Positions 9,733 through 19,066 of a DNA stretch of 64,000 bases are shown here, piece by piece (positions within the stretch are counted from its first letter, which is position 1; every line of letters begins with the position of its first letter). A program made the position numbers and the translations under genes. The notes beneath the pieces were generated by a model. That model did no database searches and was not told the DNA's origin. It was given only the letters and a program-made list of their open reading frames with translations. Where the stretch lies: the IMG/VR virus record IMGVR_UViG_3300028887_000075, positions 32,001-96,000 of that record. One strand, written 5' to 3'. The stretch comes from a virus (Duplodnaviria; Caudoviricetes).

Positions 9733-10491
9733 TCATTCTTCTTCCGGGAGCGGCTCGCCGAGGCTGAACTTGACGCCAGGTTCTCCCTGGTCGTCGAACA
9801 CTTCGTCGACACTGAGCATGTTGGCCTTTATGCGGCGGATTTCGTCGAGTTCCTTGGCCATGTTCTTCTCGAGCTCGTCGAGCCTGCGGAGGTCCGCTTC
9901 CGGAGTATGCGATGAGACGACGTAGGTCTTGTCGCCGGTGCCCGGTTCGACAATCTCCTGCACGTCCGTGTTGTCGCCGGAGACGACGGAGACGTCCCTC
10001 TTGGCGAGCCAGTAAATCTTCGGGTGCGGCGCCTGGACGTTGGAGTCGTAGTCCACCGGGTCGATGTAGGGGTTCGGCTTCTCGACGAGCGGCTGTACGC
10101 ATACCGGGGTTCCCGTTCCCGTGACCGAGGTGACCGCGTGCGGTTCCGGCTTCGGCGGCTTGGGCGGTACGGGTACCGGACAGCAGCACTGGGGCTTGGG
10201 CGCGGGGACTACCGGGAGGACCACGGTTCTTCCGGCGGCCGGGTTCACGATGGGCTTGGTATCCTTGCCCCCGTGCATTCCGCAGGGGATGGGGGCGTGG
10301 TCAAGTGCCGGTACGCAGGGGGGAGCCGGTCTCGGGCCGGGCATCGGTCCGGGGTGCGGTCCCGGGCAGCACTTGGGTGGAGGGGGCTGAATGGGTATGA
10401 AGTAGGGATGGCAGACCGACATCCAGTGGTTCTGCGGCACTATCGCGTTCCGGTATTCCGGTACAACCTTGTCGAACGGGGTGCGCGGCAT
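9733..10491 (-). CDS. Pro/Cys-rich hypothetical protein
   Basis: PPPPKCCPGPHPGP low-complexity N-half, coiled-coil C-end; co-directional with tail genes. Confidence 0.6.
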   Translation of the reverse strand: MPRTPFDKVVPEYRNAIVPQNHWMSVCHPYFIPIQPPPPKCCPGPHPGPMPGPRPAPPCVPALDHAPIPCGMHGGKDTKPIVNPAAGRTVVLPVVPAPKPQCCCPVPVPPKPPKPEPHAVTSVTGTGTPVCVQPLVEKPNPYIDPVDYDSNVQAPHPKIYWLAKRDVSVVSGDNTDVQEIVEPGTGDKTYVVSSHTPEADLRRLDELEKNMAKELDEIRRIKANMLSVDEVFDDQGEPGVKFSLGEPLPEEE

Positions 10492-10494
10492 GGG

Positions 10495-10905
10495 CTACCT
10501 CTTCGCTGCGCGTTTCCTCGGGGGCTTCCCCGGAAGCTTGCGGACCCTCTCGTCGAGTTCCGCAACGTAATGGTTTCCGCCTAAAGCAGTGTAGACCTCG
10601 AACATCGAAATCCAGTTCTTGAGGTCGTACTCTCCGATGTATCCCTGGGAGGCCACCTTGTTGTACAGCTCGGTGAGGTCGTTCCTTAGGGTGGCGATGT
10701 TCGCATCCTTCATGAGGGCCTGCTCGGCGCGTTCCTCGTCGAACCGGACGCTGAGGTCCTTCAGGTCGCTCCCGAACTCCTTGACTGCAACGAGAAGTTT
10801 CCTTATCGGCCTGATGATGCCGGCGACTACCGAGACGGCTCCGGTCAGGGCGACCAGGAAGGATGAGAAGAGCTGAATGTGCGAGGTAAATTCCGAGAGG
10901 TCCAT
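10495..10905 (-). CDS. Single-TM membrane protein, holin-like family
   Basis: N-terminal TM helix, coiled coil and YTALGGN motif seen in phage lysis-region proteins. Confidence 0.55.
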   Translation of the reverse strand: MDLSEFTSHIQLFSSFLVALTGAVSVVAGIIRPIRKLLVAVKEFGSDLKDLSVRFDEERAEQALMKDANIATLRNDLTELYNKVASQGYIGEYDLKNWISMFEVYTALGGNHYVAELDERVRKLPGKPPRKRAAKR

Positions 10906-10965
10906 CGTTCTAGTATCCGTTATCCTGCACCTTAGTTTATCGGGTAAGGATATCCGGTAAATTGC

Positions 10966-11940
10966 TTAGAGGGCCTTTCGCCACTCGTCGGCGAACCTGG
11001 CGTTCTCCTCGTCGTAGTTGCCCTGGTCATCCTGGTCATCCTCGGAGAAGTCATAGCCTTCACGGTCGGGGGACCAGCCGGGGAAGTGCGACCTGCGGAG
11101 GTACTCGCGGTCGTCGTCCTCCCGGGACAGCCGGGCGGCCTCCGCGGGCCTCTCGTAGCGCAGGATGATGTCCTTGATGAGGCGGTGGCGGACGATGTCC
11201 TCCACGCCGAGCTCTACGAAGCCGATGCGCTTTACTCCGTCGAGCAGCCTCATGGCGTGCGTGAAGCCGGACTCGGTCCTCGCCGGGAGGTCGCACTGCT
11301 CGCTGTCGCCGCAGATGACCATCTTGGAGTTCCTGCCGAGGCGGGTGAGCATCGTCTTCATCTGCGAAATCGTAGTGTTCTGGAACTCGTCGCAGACGAT
11401 GAAGGAGTTCGCCAGGGTGGAGCCGCGGATGTATGCGAGCGGGCACACCTGCACCAGGTCGTAGAAGGACTTGCGTTCCCTTGCGTCCTCCTCCTTCTTC
11501 TCGGCGCGGAGCCTCTTCTTCTCCTTGGCGGAGAGGAGCTGTGGCATCTGCTCCGGTTCGGACAGCTTCTCGTCGCGCCCGCCCTTGATGAGGGATATGG
11601 CGTCATACAGGGGCTGCATGTAGGGTGCCACCTTCTCGTCCATTGTCCCCGGGAGGAAACCGAGTTCCTCGCCGGAAGTGACTACCGGGCGTGTCAGTAC
11701 GAGGCGCTCGAAGTTTCCTGCGTCTATCCCGGCTATCCCCACCCATGTCGCCACGGCGGTCTTCCCGGTGCCTGAAGGTCCGTTCACGAAGATGATGTCG
11801 TTGGAGTTGATTGCGTCCACGAGGTCCTGCTGTCCCTGCGTGCGCGCGTATATCGGCTTGCCCTTCCGGGTCCTGATGATTTCCGAGCCGCGGAATCCGT
11901 TCTCCAGCTCGTCGGCCTTTGCCTGCTGTGCCATGCGCAA
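10966..11940 (-). CDS. phoH: PhoH-family ATPase
   Basis: GPSGTGKT, LGFLPG..EK..PY, LAYIRG.TL, DEFQN, LTRLG, GD.EQ.DL, DIVRH. Confidence 0.95.
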   Translation of the reverse strand: MRMAQQAKADELENGFRGSEIIRTRKGKPIYARTQGQQDLVDAINSNDIIFVNGPSGTGKTAVATWVGIAGIDAGNFERLVLTRPVVTSGEELGFLPGTMDEKVAPYMQPLYDAISLIKGGRDEKLSEPEQMPQLLSAKEKKRLRAEKKEEDARERKSFYDLVQVCPLAYIRGSTLANSFIVCDEFQNTTISQMKTMLTRLGRNSKMVICGDSEQCDLPARTESGFTHAMRLLDGVKRIGFVELGVEDIVRHRLIKDIILRYERPAEAARLSREDDDREYLRRSHFPGWSPDREGYDFSEDDQDDQGNYDEENARFADEWRKAL

Positions 11941-12007
11941 TGTCCTTTGTTGGAATTGTTTCCTGGTCTGTCTCTACCGAGTTTAGCATTTTTCTGGCGA
12001 TATTGGG

Positions 12008-12765
12008 GCATAGGGCATCATTCCATGTTGGAATAGTGCACAAAAATCCGAAGCCAGCTCCGATAAACTACCGGCATGCAAGACCTAGAATCACTCACAG
12101 AACTGGCCGCCTGTCTTGGCCGCGGATATGCCGCCTTGGTGGAGGCAGAAGACAAGGTCCCTCCCGGTAACACCCCGGAGCAGTCCGGCGGCAAGACCGA
12201 CGAAGGCCCCGAGGACGTAATGAAGGCGGTCGCCGGTATAGCCGGCGCGGTGCTTTCCCCGAGGATTACCGAGACACTCCAGAACGGCGGGAAGCCGTCG
12301 TGGAAGGATATCCTGGGCGACGCGGCCGAGCTCGGCATCTCGTTCATCCCGGGAGTCGGCGGGGTAGCCAAGCTGGGAAGGCTGCTGAAGGCCTCCCGGG
12401 TAGGCATCAAGGGCGCCCAGCTTGCCAACAAGGTGTCCAAGTCCAAGGCCGGGCTGAAGGCGGCCAAGGTCGCCTCGGCTGCGAAGAAGCACCTCTCCCC
12501 CGAGCAGCAGAAGGCCGCGATGGACTTCATGGAGAAGCTCCGTGCGGGCGCCGTCAAGAAGGTCGAGAAGGAACTCAGGATGGACCTGGAGACTACCGGG
12601 GACAGCAAGAACTACAGGGAACGGCTGCAGGCCCAGGTGCCGAAGATGAAGGAAACCGCCGCCAACTACGCCAGGAAGGTCGCCGAGAAGGTGAACTCTG
12701 CCATCGGCGGCCAGGAAGGTGACACAGCTCCGGTTCCCGCATAGGGAATACTCCAAGTTGGAATA
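12008..12765. repeat. Imperfect ~27-bp direct repeats (12008-12035, 12739-12765) flanking one gene
   Basis: GCATAGGGCATCATTCCATGTTGGAATA vs GCATAGGGAATACTCCAAGTTGGAATA. Confidence 0.55.
12076..12744 (+). CDS. Putative internal head/ejection protein
   Basis: ATG 6 nt after ATAAACT; shared leader motif; Gly/Ala-rich SFIPGVGG segment and basic region. Confidence 0.6.
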   Translation: MQDLESLTELAACLGRGYAALVEAEDKVPPGNTPEQSGGKTDEGPEDVMKAVAGIAGAVLSPRITETLQNGGKPSWKDILGDAAELGISFIPGVGGVAKLGRLLKASRVGIKGAQLANKVSKSKAGLKAAKVASAAKKHLSPEQQKAAMDFMEKLRAGAVKKVEKELRMDLETTGDSKNYRERLQAQVPKMKETAANYARKVAEKVNSAIGGQEGDTAPVPA

Positions 12766-12807
12766 TGAAATTGTCCCGAATTCGAAATGTTTTCGGGATA
12801 TTTTAAT

Positions 12808-12849
12808 ATACTAACAGGATATCAACAGGTTATTCACAAGTTTTCAACA
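12808..12849 (+). promoter_or_regulatory. Four DnaA-box-like 9-mers at 11-bp period
   Basis: ATACTAACA, ATATCAACA, TTATTCACA, TTTTCAACA, each separated by 2 nt; AT-rich stretch upstream. Confidence 0.45.
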
Positions 12850-12881
12850 CGGTTGTTCATCGGCCACTACCATAAATCTTA

Positions 12882-13463
12882 ATGCAGATGGACGACAGTG
12901 TCGATGACATAGAGGAAGAGTCTGAACTCGCCGGGGGTGGTAGCGCCGAGCGAATCATCCGCATTACCGGGGAAATCTCTGAGGAAACTGCAGAGAAGTT
13001 TACCCTTAATCTACACAGAGTGGCGGAGACCCCCGGCGAGATTCATGTCGTCATCGCGTCCGACGGAGGGGACATCGAGTACGGTCTCCGCATAATCGAC
13101 GCCCTGAACATAGCCAAGGCCAAGTCCTGCGTAATCCATACTACCGTGGCCGGAAAGGCATATTCGATGGGTGCGTTCATCGCCCTTGTCGGCGACCGGC
13201 GCACAATCTACCCCCATGCGAGGCTCATGTTCCATTCCGGGAGATACGAGGCCATGGCCGAGGGGGAGGAGATGACCGTCCAGGTCCTCCAGTCAATGGT
13301 GAACGAGATGTCGATGTTCAACAATACCTTCCGGAAACTCCTGGCCGGCGTCGGCCTGTCCAGCGAGATGATTGAGAAGATAATGACGACCGACGTGTAC
13401 ATGAACGCCGAGGAAGCGATTTCCCTCGGCGTGATGCATTCCATAGAGACCGAGATTATCTAG
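12882..13463 (+). CDS. ClpP-like serine protease
   Basis: I.S.GG, GKAYSMG (Ser), LMFH (His), DVYMNAEEA..LG motifs. Confidence 0.85.
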   Translation: MQMDDSVDDIEEESELAGGGSAERIIRITGEISEETAEKFTLNLHRVAETPGEIHVVIASDGGDIEYGLRIIDALNIAKAKSCVIHTTVAGKAYSMGAFIALVGDRRTIYPHARLMFHSGRYEAMAEGEEMTVQVLQSMVNEMSMFNNTFRKLLAGVGLSSEMIEKIMTTDVYMNAEEAISLGVMHSIETEII

Positions 13464-14311
13464 TCCTCGGAACTTCCCGATTGGTAGGCCTTCATGATTT
13501 CCGCGGCCATGCTGGGTGACGGCATGGCCCTTTCCGGCTTCTTCCCGTATTCGTCCGCGTCCGCCCGGGAGGCCCTGGCGAACAGCATGTGGTTCTCGGT
13601 GAGGAACTTCTGCCAGGGATAGACCCCGTGCTTCCTGATGAAGTTCTCGATGCCGGCCATGGCGTTCCTGAAAGTGGCGAGGTTGTCCTCCATTCCCTCC
13701 ATGAGCGGGACATCGAACGATTCGCACTCGCTCTCGTAGAAGTCGTGCATGACTGCTTCCAGGAGCTCCTCCCGGACATCCCCGGCGAACCTCCCGATGC
13801 ATTCCCCGAATGCGAACCGGCGGGATTCCTCGGCGATTGCCGGGTTCTTCCTGATTGAGTCAATCTGGCGGCCTATGCGGATGGCCTCCTTGAAGGAGTT
13901 GCCGAATACAATCCTGTTGTATTCCTGGCGGCCATAGGTGGCGACGAAGTACTTGACGACCTCGCAGTTCTGGAGGAACCGGTTGTAGTCCCTGTCCCAG
14001 CAGTCCGGCTCGAACTTGACCGCACGGTAGATTGCCACGTAGTCCGGGTTGGCCTTCTTCTCGGGGACAACCTGGGGCTGCGGCTGCGTCATCGCGTCGG
14101 CCACCTTCCCGGCGACCTCCCCGACCTTGCTGCGTACCTTCCCGGCTACATCCCCGGCAATCTTCTTGCCTTTTTCGAGGAGTTCCTTCCTGCGGTCGAG
14201 GATTCCCTCGTTGATGACATAGGACTTGAGGACGGCCTCGAGGAACGCGTGGTCCTCCGGATTGTCCCTCTTCAGTACGCTCTCGATGAAAATCTGTTGC
14301 CTGAGGTTCAT
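13460..14311 (-). CDS. Putative internal head protein with leader motif
   Basis: Start reassigned to MNLRQQIFIES behind GGAG and ATAAACT. Confidence 0.65.
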   Translation of the reverse strand: MNLRQQIFIESVLKRDNPEDHAFLEAVLKSYVINEGILDRRKELLEKGKKIAGDVAGKVRSKVGEVAGKVADAMTQPQPQVVPEKKANPDYVAIYRAVKFEPDCWDRDYNRFLQNCEVVKYFVATYGRQEYNRIVFGNSFKEAIRIGRQIDSIRKNPAIAEESRRFAFGECIGRFAGDVREELLEAVMHDFYESECESFDVPLMEGMEDNLATFRNAMAGIENFIRKHGVYPWQKFLTENHMLFARASRADADEYGKKPERAMPSPSMAAEIMKAYQSGSSED

Positions 14312-14377
14312 TTTTGCTTCTCCGAATTGGAAGTTTATCGTCTTTTTGCTATATTTGGCAATAAAAAGAGGTTCAAT

Positions 14378-14638
14378 ATGAAGTATGTCGCGCATTTCTT
14401 CTTCGACGGTGACGGAATAGGAGTTGAGTTCCCGGACGTTCCCGGTGCCTACACGTGCGCCGACTCTATCGAGGATGCACCGAGGGCTGCCCGGGAGGCG
14501 CTGAACGGAGTACTGAAGACCATGCTGGACAGGGGCGAGAAGCTCCCGGAGGCGAAGACGAAGGCCGACTGGAGGGACTGCATGCATGCGATAGAGGTTG
14601 ACGAGGACATCGCGAGGGTGGTAGAAGATGGAAGATAG
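14378..14638 (+). CDS. hicB: HicB-like antitoxin (no adjacent HicA)
   Basis: VEFPDVPGAYTCADSIEDA...AREAL...GEKLP. Confidence 0.85.
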   Translation: MKYVAHFFFDGDGIGVEFPDVPGAYTCADSIEDAPRAAREALNGVLKTMLDRGEKLPEAKTKADWRDCMHAIEVDEDIARVVEDGR

Positions 14639-15488
14639 TGAAAAGTTGCATGGAATCAGGTTGGCAATGAACTATGTCGCCCTTGAGCGTGAGAGCCGCA
14701 TGGAAAAGGACAGGCACACGTTCGACTTCAGCCTGTGCTATGACCCGGATGAACTCGGCAAGTACGGGATAATGGTGATAAACGACGCCCTTGGTAACAC
14801 CTCGTTCGAGCTGCACAACGGGGTCTGCCTGGGATACCTGCTGGACATGGTGGGTGAGCCGTTCAAGTTCGCCGTCCATTTCGGCGTTGAAACGCATCCG
14901 TCCTTTGTGGGACCGGATGCGGCGTTCGGGTTCCGCATGGTCCGGCCCGTGTTCAAGACCGGGAGAAAGTTCTGGTCAAGGGATGAATCCGGTAGGGCGG
15001 TTAAGGTCAAGGAACCACAGCTGAACTGGTACCAGCCGACCATGGGTGCGTTGAATTTCCATGCGGAACTGCTCCGCAGGCTGCTTTTCGCCAAGGCGGA
15101 GTATTTCCGTAGGCTCCCGGAGATGGAGAAGAAGTTCGCGATGATGCAGAAGGTGCGCCGCAGGTCCATGGGCGACCGTGAGTGCATAGAGGGGCTGAAG
15201 CCGGTAGACTACATGGGGAAGGACGGATATACTCTGTCCAGCCTGTATGTTAGGCTGCTGAACGGGCACGAATACATCATGAAACTCCTTCACAAGGAGC
15301 TTGGTGACGATTATTGCCAGTGTACCTGGATTATGTATGACCTGAAGAAGAACGAGCAGGTGGGTGGTCTTCCGCCGAACCTGTACCTGGTACAGGGCGA
15401 CACCGCATCCGGCGAAATGAAGGTACTCATGTGCCTCCCGGGGCTTCGCGTGGACAGGCTGAAGGAAATAGTAGGAAAACTGAAATGA
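14628..15488 (+). CDS. Hypothetical protein
   Basis: 286-aa ORF in operon. Confidence 0.65.
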   Translation: MEDSEKLHGIRLAMNYVALERESRMEKDRHTFDFSLCYDPDELGKYGIMVINDALGNTSFELHNGVCLGYLLDMVGEPFKFAVHFGVETHPSFVGPDAAFGFRMVRPVFKTGRKFWSRDESGRAVKVKEPQLNWYQPTMGALNFHAELLRRLLFAKAEYFRRLPEMEKKFAMMQKVRRRSMGDRECIEGLKPVDYMGKDGYTLSSLYVRLLNGHEYIMKLLHKELGDDYCQCTWIMYDLKKNEQVGGLPPNLYLVQGDTASGEMKVLMCLPGLRVDRLKEIVGKLK

Positions 15489-16087
15489 GAACTTTTTACG
15501 AACTGCCACAACATACCGTAGATACAATGACGTATGCTGGGATAGGAAACCGGGATATAGAATATGTCACCGAACCTGTGTCAGGACAGCCAGTATGCAC
15601 AGTAATGACCTGGATTGCTGGCGAATTGGAAAGACTTGGATACATACTCAACAGCGGTGGTGCCAAGGGCGCGGATTTTGCTTTCGAAGCCGGGGTAAAA
15701 AATGCTGCACACAAGAGGATATTTCGCGCATCCGATGCTACGGACGAGACCCGTGCAATTGCGCAGGAACTGCACCCAGCAAGAAGCAGGCTGTCCGGAT
15801 ATGCGCTCGACCTGTTTGCACGAAATACCTACCAGGTATTCGGCAGGAACTTAGACACGGTGGTCGACTTTGTTCTATGCTATACGCGGGATGGATGCGA
15901 GAGTCATGAGACAAGGTCCAGGGATACCGGAGGAACCGGGCAAGCCATAGAGATGGCTACCAGGAAAGGTTCAGCAGTGTTCAATATGAAAAATCCGGAC
16001 TGGCTGTACCGATTAAACCGTTACCTGCAGAACACCGGGAAAATTCATGCCGGTGCCACCCTGGTCATACCGGGAGGCCGCCAATGA
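15485..16087 (+). CDS. SLOG/DprA-like Rossmann-fold protein
   Basis: YAGIGNR, SGGAKGAD, ARN..QV.G, GGTGQAI. Confidence 0.8.
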   Translation: MRTFYELPQHTVDTMTYAGIGNRDIEYVTEPVSGQPVCTVMTWIAGELERLGYILNSGGAKGADFAFEAGVKNAAHKRIFRASDATDETRAIAQELHPARSRLSGYALDLFARNTYQVFGRNLDTVVDFVLCYTRDGCESHETRSRDTGGTGQAIEMATRKGSAVFNMKNPDWLYRLNRYLQNTGKIHAGATLVIPGGRQ

Positions 16088-17472
16088 AACTGTTGACCAA
16101 GGACCAGCTTACAGACGACCAGAAGGAAGCGCTGGAATACATCAAGGACTTCATCAAGGGACCCAACCGGGAGATGGTGCTGAGAGGTGCCGCCGGTACC
16201 GGAAAGACCGCCCTGGTCAACGTCCTATTGGCGGAACTCGACAAGCAGAAGTTCTTCGAGTACGTCTGCACGGCCACCACCAACAAGGCCGTGGAAGTAA
16301 TCGCGAGGAACACCGGGAGGGAGTACGACCGGACAATCTATTCCCTCGAAGGGCTTACCGTGAAGGATGACGACGACCGCGGTCCGAGACTGGTCAGGGA
16401 ACCGGGTTCCAAGTCCAGGCTCAAGGAGTACGACCTTGTCATAGTCGACGAGGCTTCCATGGTTCCCCTCCAGCTGATACAGGAAATCGAGCAGGACCTG
16501 ATGGAACACAGCAGGGTCAAGGTGCTCTACATCGGGGACCCCTGCCAGTTGCCCCCGGTGTCTGACGCTCAGGAAGGGTATACCGAGTCGGCCGTGTTCA
16601 GGCTTCCCCTGTGGTACGAGCTCACCAAGGTCATGCGTACCGCCCTCGACAACCCTATCCTCAAGATGGTCACACAGATGCGTTCCGACCTAACCTGCGA
16701 GGGGGACAACTTCGAGCACAAGACGGAGACCCTCGAGGACGGTTCCGGGGTGTTCTTCTACGAGAACCGCGACGAGTTCATGGACAAGATGTACGAATAC
16801 TTTACCCGTCCGGAATACCAGGCGGACAGCGACTACGCCATAGCGGTAGCCTGGAGGAACGTGTCCGTCGATGCCATCAATGCGAAAGTAAGGCAGAAGA
16901 TTTACCCGGAAGAGACCAAGGAGTATACCGATGGCGAGGAGGTCAGGGTCACCAAGGCCTTCCGCCGGCCAGTCCCCGGGAAGAAGGACGTGTTCTATCC
17001 TGTGTATTCAATGGAGGAACGCCTGAGAATCATGGATGTAACCGAGTCCGACGACCCGAAGTACGGCCTTCCCTGCTGGAAGGTGACCGTATGCAACTAC
17101 CGGGCGCTCGCCAAGAACCGTACCACTACGGTGGCATTTATCCTGAAGAAGGAAGCTGTGGTTCAGTATGACATGCTCTGCACCCAGGTCGCCCAGGAAA
17201 GCAAGGCCAGGGCGGTCATGCCGGCCCACAACGGAATGGGGCACATGTATACCAAGAAGGAGGCGTGGGCCCCGTACAACGACCTCCGCCGATTCTACCT
17301 GTGGGTGGACTACATCTACGCCCTTACGACCCACAAGGCCCAGGGCAGCACCGTGGAGAACGTGTTCGTCGTCGAGAGGGACATGGACAAGAACCCCATC
17401 ACCCTGGAGAGGAACGAGCTGAAGTACACGGCGTTCACCAGGGCCTCCCGGGAGCTCCACGTGCTCGTCTAG
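16084..17472 (+). CDS. Dda/RecD-like SF1B helicase
   Basis: GAAGTGKT, IVDEASMV, GDPCQLPPV, YALTTHKAQGST, YTAFTRA. Confidence 0.92.
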   Translation: MKLLTKDQLTDDQKEALEYIKDFIKGPNREMVLRGAAGTGKTALVNVLLAELDKQKFFEYVCTATTNKAVEVIARNTGREYDRTIYSLEGLTVKDDDDRGPRLVREPGSKSRLKEYDLVIVDEASMVPLQLIQEIEQDLMEHSRVKVLYIGDPCQLPPVSDAQEGYTESAVFRLPLWYELTKVMRTALDNPILKMVTQMRSDLTCEGDNFEHKTETLEDGSGVFFYENRDEFMDKMYEYFTRPEYQADSDYAIAVAWRNVSVDAINAKVRQKIYPEETKEYTDGEEVRVTKAFRRPVPGKKDVFYPVYSMEERLRIMDVTESDDPKYGLPCWKVTVCNYRALAKNRTTTVAFILKKEAVVQYDMLCTQVAQESKARAVMPAHNGMGHMYTKKEAWAPYNDLRRFYLWVDYIYALTTHKAQGSTVENVFVVERDMDKNPITLERNELKYTAFTRASRELHVLV

Positions 17473-17503
17473 GATTTTTGCTATATTTGGGACCGAGGTT
17501 ACG

Positions 17504-17749
17504 ATGATTAAACATGAAAAACTGAACGGCGTCGCCGACGTGGACAAGTTCATGAACAAGTCCGGATTAAAGCTCCCGCAGGTACAAATTGTATATGCGG
17601 TGCAGAAGTTCGGCGGAAACTACTTCGTGTTCTATGACACAGATGACGTGAAGGTGACCGAGGAGAAACCGGTGGAACCTACCAAGAGGAAGCCGAAGGA
17701 ACCACAGGCGAGCGAACTGTTGCTCACCGATGTAACAGGGAAAAACTAG
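17504..17749 (+). CDS. Small hypothetical protein
   Basis: Behind class A promoter and GAGG. Confidence 0.6.
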   Translation: MIKHEKLNGVADVDKFMNKSGLKLPQVQIVYAVQKFGGNYFVFYDTDDVKVTEEKPVEPTKRKPKEPQASELLLTDVTGKN

Positions 17750-17757
17750 GAGATATT

Positions 17758-19065
17758 ATGTACGGAAAATCCTTAGCACACATAGAGAAAATCAAGTCCG
17801 TCCACCCCATCGAGGGTGCCGACAACATCGAGCGCGTTACCGTTCTCGACTGGAACCTTGTTGCCAAGAAGGGCGAGTTCCAGCCGGGAGACCTGGCACT
17901 CTACGTGGAAATCGGGTCAATCCTCCCGGACGGGCTGGAAGATGCCGACCGTATCCGTGTCAAAGAGCTCGAGAAGATTATCTCCGAGTGGAAGAAGCAC
18001 GAGAAACTTCTGGAGAAGGACGAAGAAAGATGTGTTGAGCCACGTACGGCCCCGGACCTCCCGGTAACAAGGGAGGCTGCCGAGAAGGAAATGGCCGAAA
18101 TCCAGCAGAAGTCCAAGTACCCCTATTTCGAGTTCCTCCGCCCGAAGAAGTTCCGCATCAAGACGATGAACCTCACCAAGTTCGACGTCATCTCCCAGGG
18201 CATCCTGTTCCGTCTCGACGTTGTCGGCATAGACCCTTCCGAGGCGAAAATCGGTGCGGACTTTACCGAGCGCTTCGGAATTACCGAGGAAATCGAGGAT
18301 GCCGAGGAGGCCGGCCTTACCGCCAAGCCTCTCTGGGGTCCGTTCAAGTGGTTCGACAAGAAGCTGATGCGATACAGGTGGTACCGCGACTGGAAGAAGG
18401 CACGTGCCGAGAAGGCCGAGTGGTTCAACTGGTTCCCCGCCAAGTCCGACGAGGAGAACGCCCAGAAGATTTACTCCGGTCTGTACGAGCAGTACGGCGA
18501 CAGGCGCTGGGTGGCCACCGAGAAGCTCGAGGGCCAGTCAATCGCGATTTGCTCCCGGGAAGTGAAGGGGCTGTTCGGGAAGAAAAAGAAGATTTACGTC
18601 GCCTCCCGCACCAGGAACCTCCCGTGGAAGGGATGCTCCACCATGAAGTTCTGGCAAACCGTCAAGAAGCTCGGCCTCGACGAGAAAATCAAGTCTATAC
18701 CGGGAGAATGGTTCTGCCGCGGCGAGCATGTCGGTGAGGGAATCCAGAAGAACATCTACGGGCTCCACGGGAACCTCATCAGGTTCTACGACATCATCCC
18801 GTTCGACAAGGAGAAGGGCAAGTTCTGCGGGAAGTTGGCATACGAGGATACGGTCAGGTTCTGCGAGAAGTACGACCTCCCGTACGTCCCGGTGATTGAC
18901 GACGACTTCCGCCTGCCGGCCGACGTGCAGGACATGCTGAAGATTTCCATCGGGACCACCGTGTTCGGGAACAACCCCAAGCACGAGCGCGAAGGACTTG
19001 TGCTCCGCCTGTACGACAACTACGACGTTTCGTTCAAGGCGAAGTCACCGACCTACAAACTATAG
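17758..19065 (+). CDS. ATP-dependent RNA ligase (DRB0094-like, N-terminal OB domain)
   Basis: HPIEGADNIE N-domain, TEKLEG, RGE..G.GIQ.N, REGLV, SFKAKS. Confidence 0.88.
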   Translation: MYGKSLAHIEKIKSVHPIEGADNIERVTVLDWNLVAKKGEFQPGDLALYVEIGSILPDGLEDADRIRVKELEKIISEWKKHEKLLEKDEERCVEPRTAPDLPVTREAAEKEMAEIQQKSKYPYFEFLRPKKFRIKTMNLTKFDVISQGILFRLDVVGIDPSEAKIGADFTERFGITEEIEDAEEAGLTAKPLWGPFKWFDKKLMRYRWYRDWKKARAEKAEWFNWFPAKSDEENAQKIYSGLYEQYGDRRWVATEKLEGQSIAICSREVKGLFGKKKKIYVASRTRNLPWKGCSTMKFWQTVKKLGLDEKIKSIPGEWFCRGEHVGEGIQKNIYGLHGNLIRFYDIIPFDKEKGKFCGKLAYEDTVRFCEKYDLPYVPVIDDDFRLPADVQDMLKISIGTTVFGNNPKHEREGLVLRLYDNYDVSFKAKSPTYKL

Positions 19066-19066
19066 G

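Noticed and set aside
12882-13463. ClpP-like protein as the protease for the shared leader motif
   Set aside because: No capsid or portal context here and no evidence of Glu specificity; cannot be supported from the sequence.
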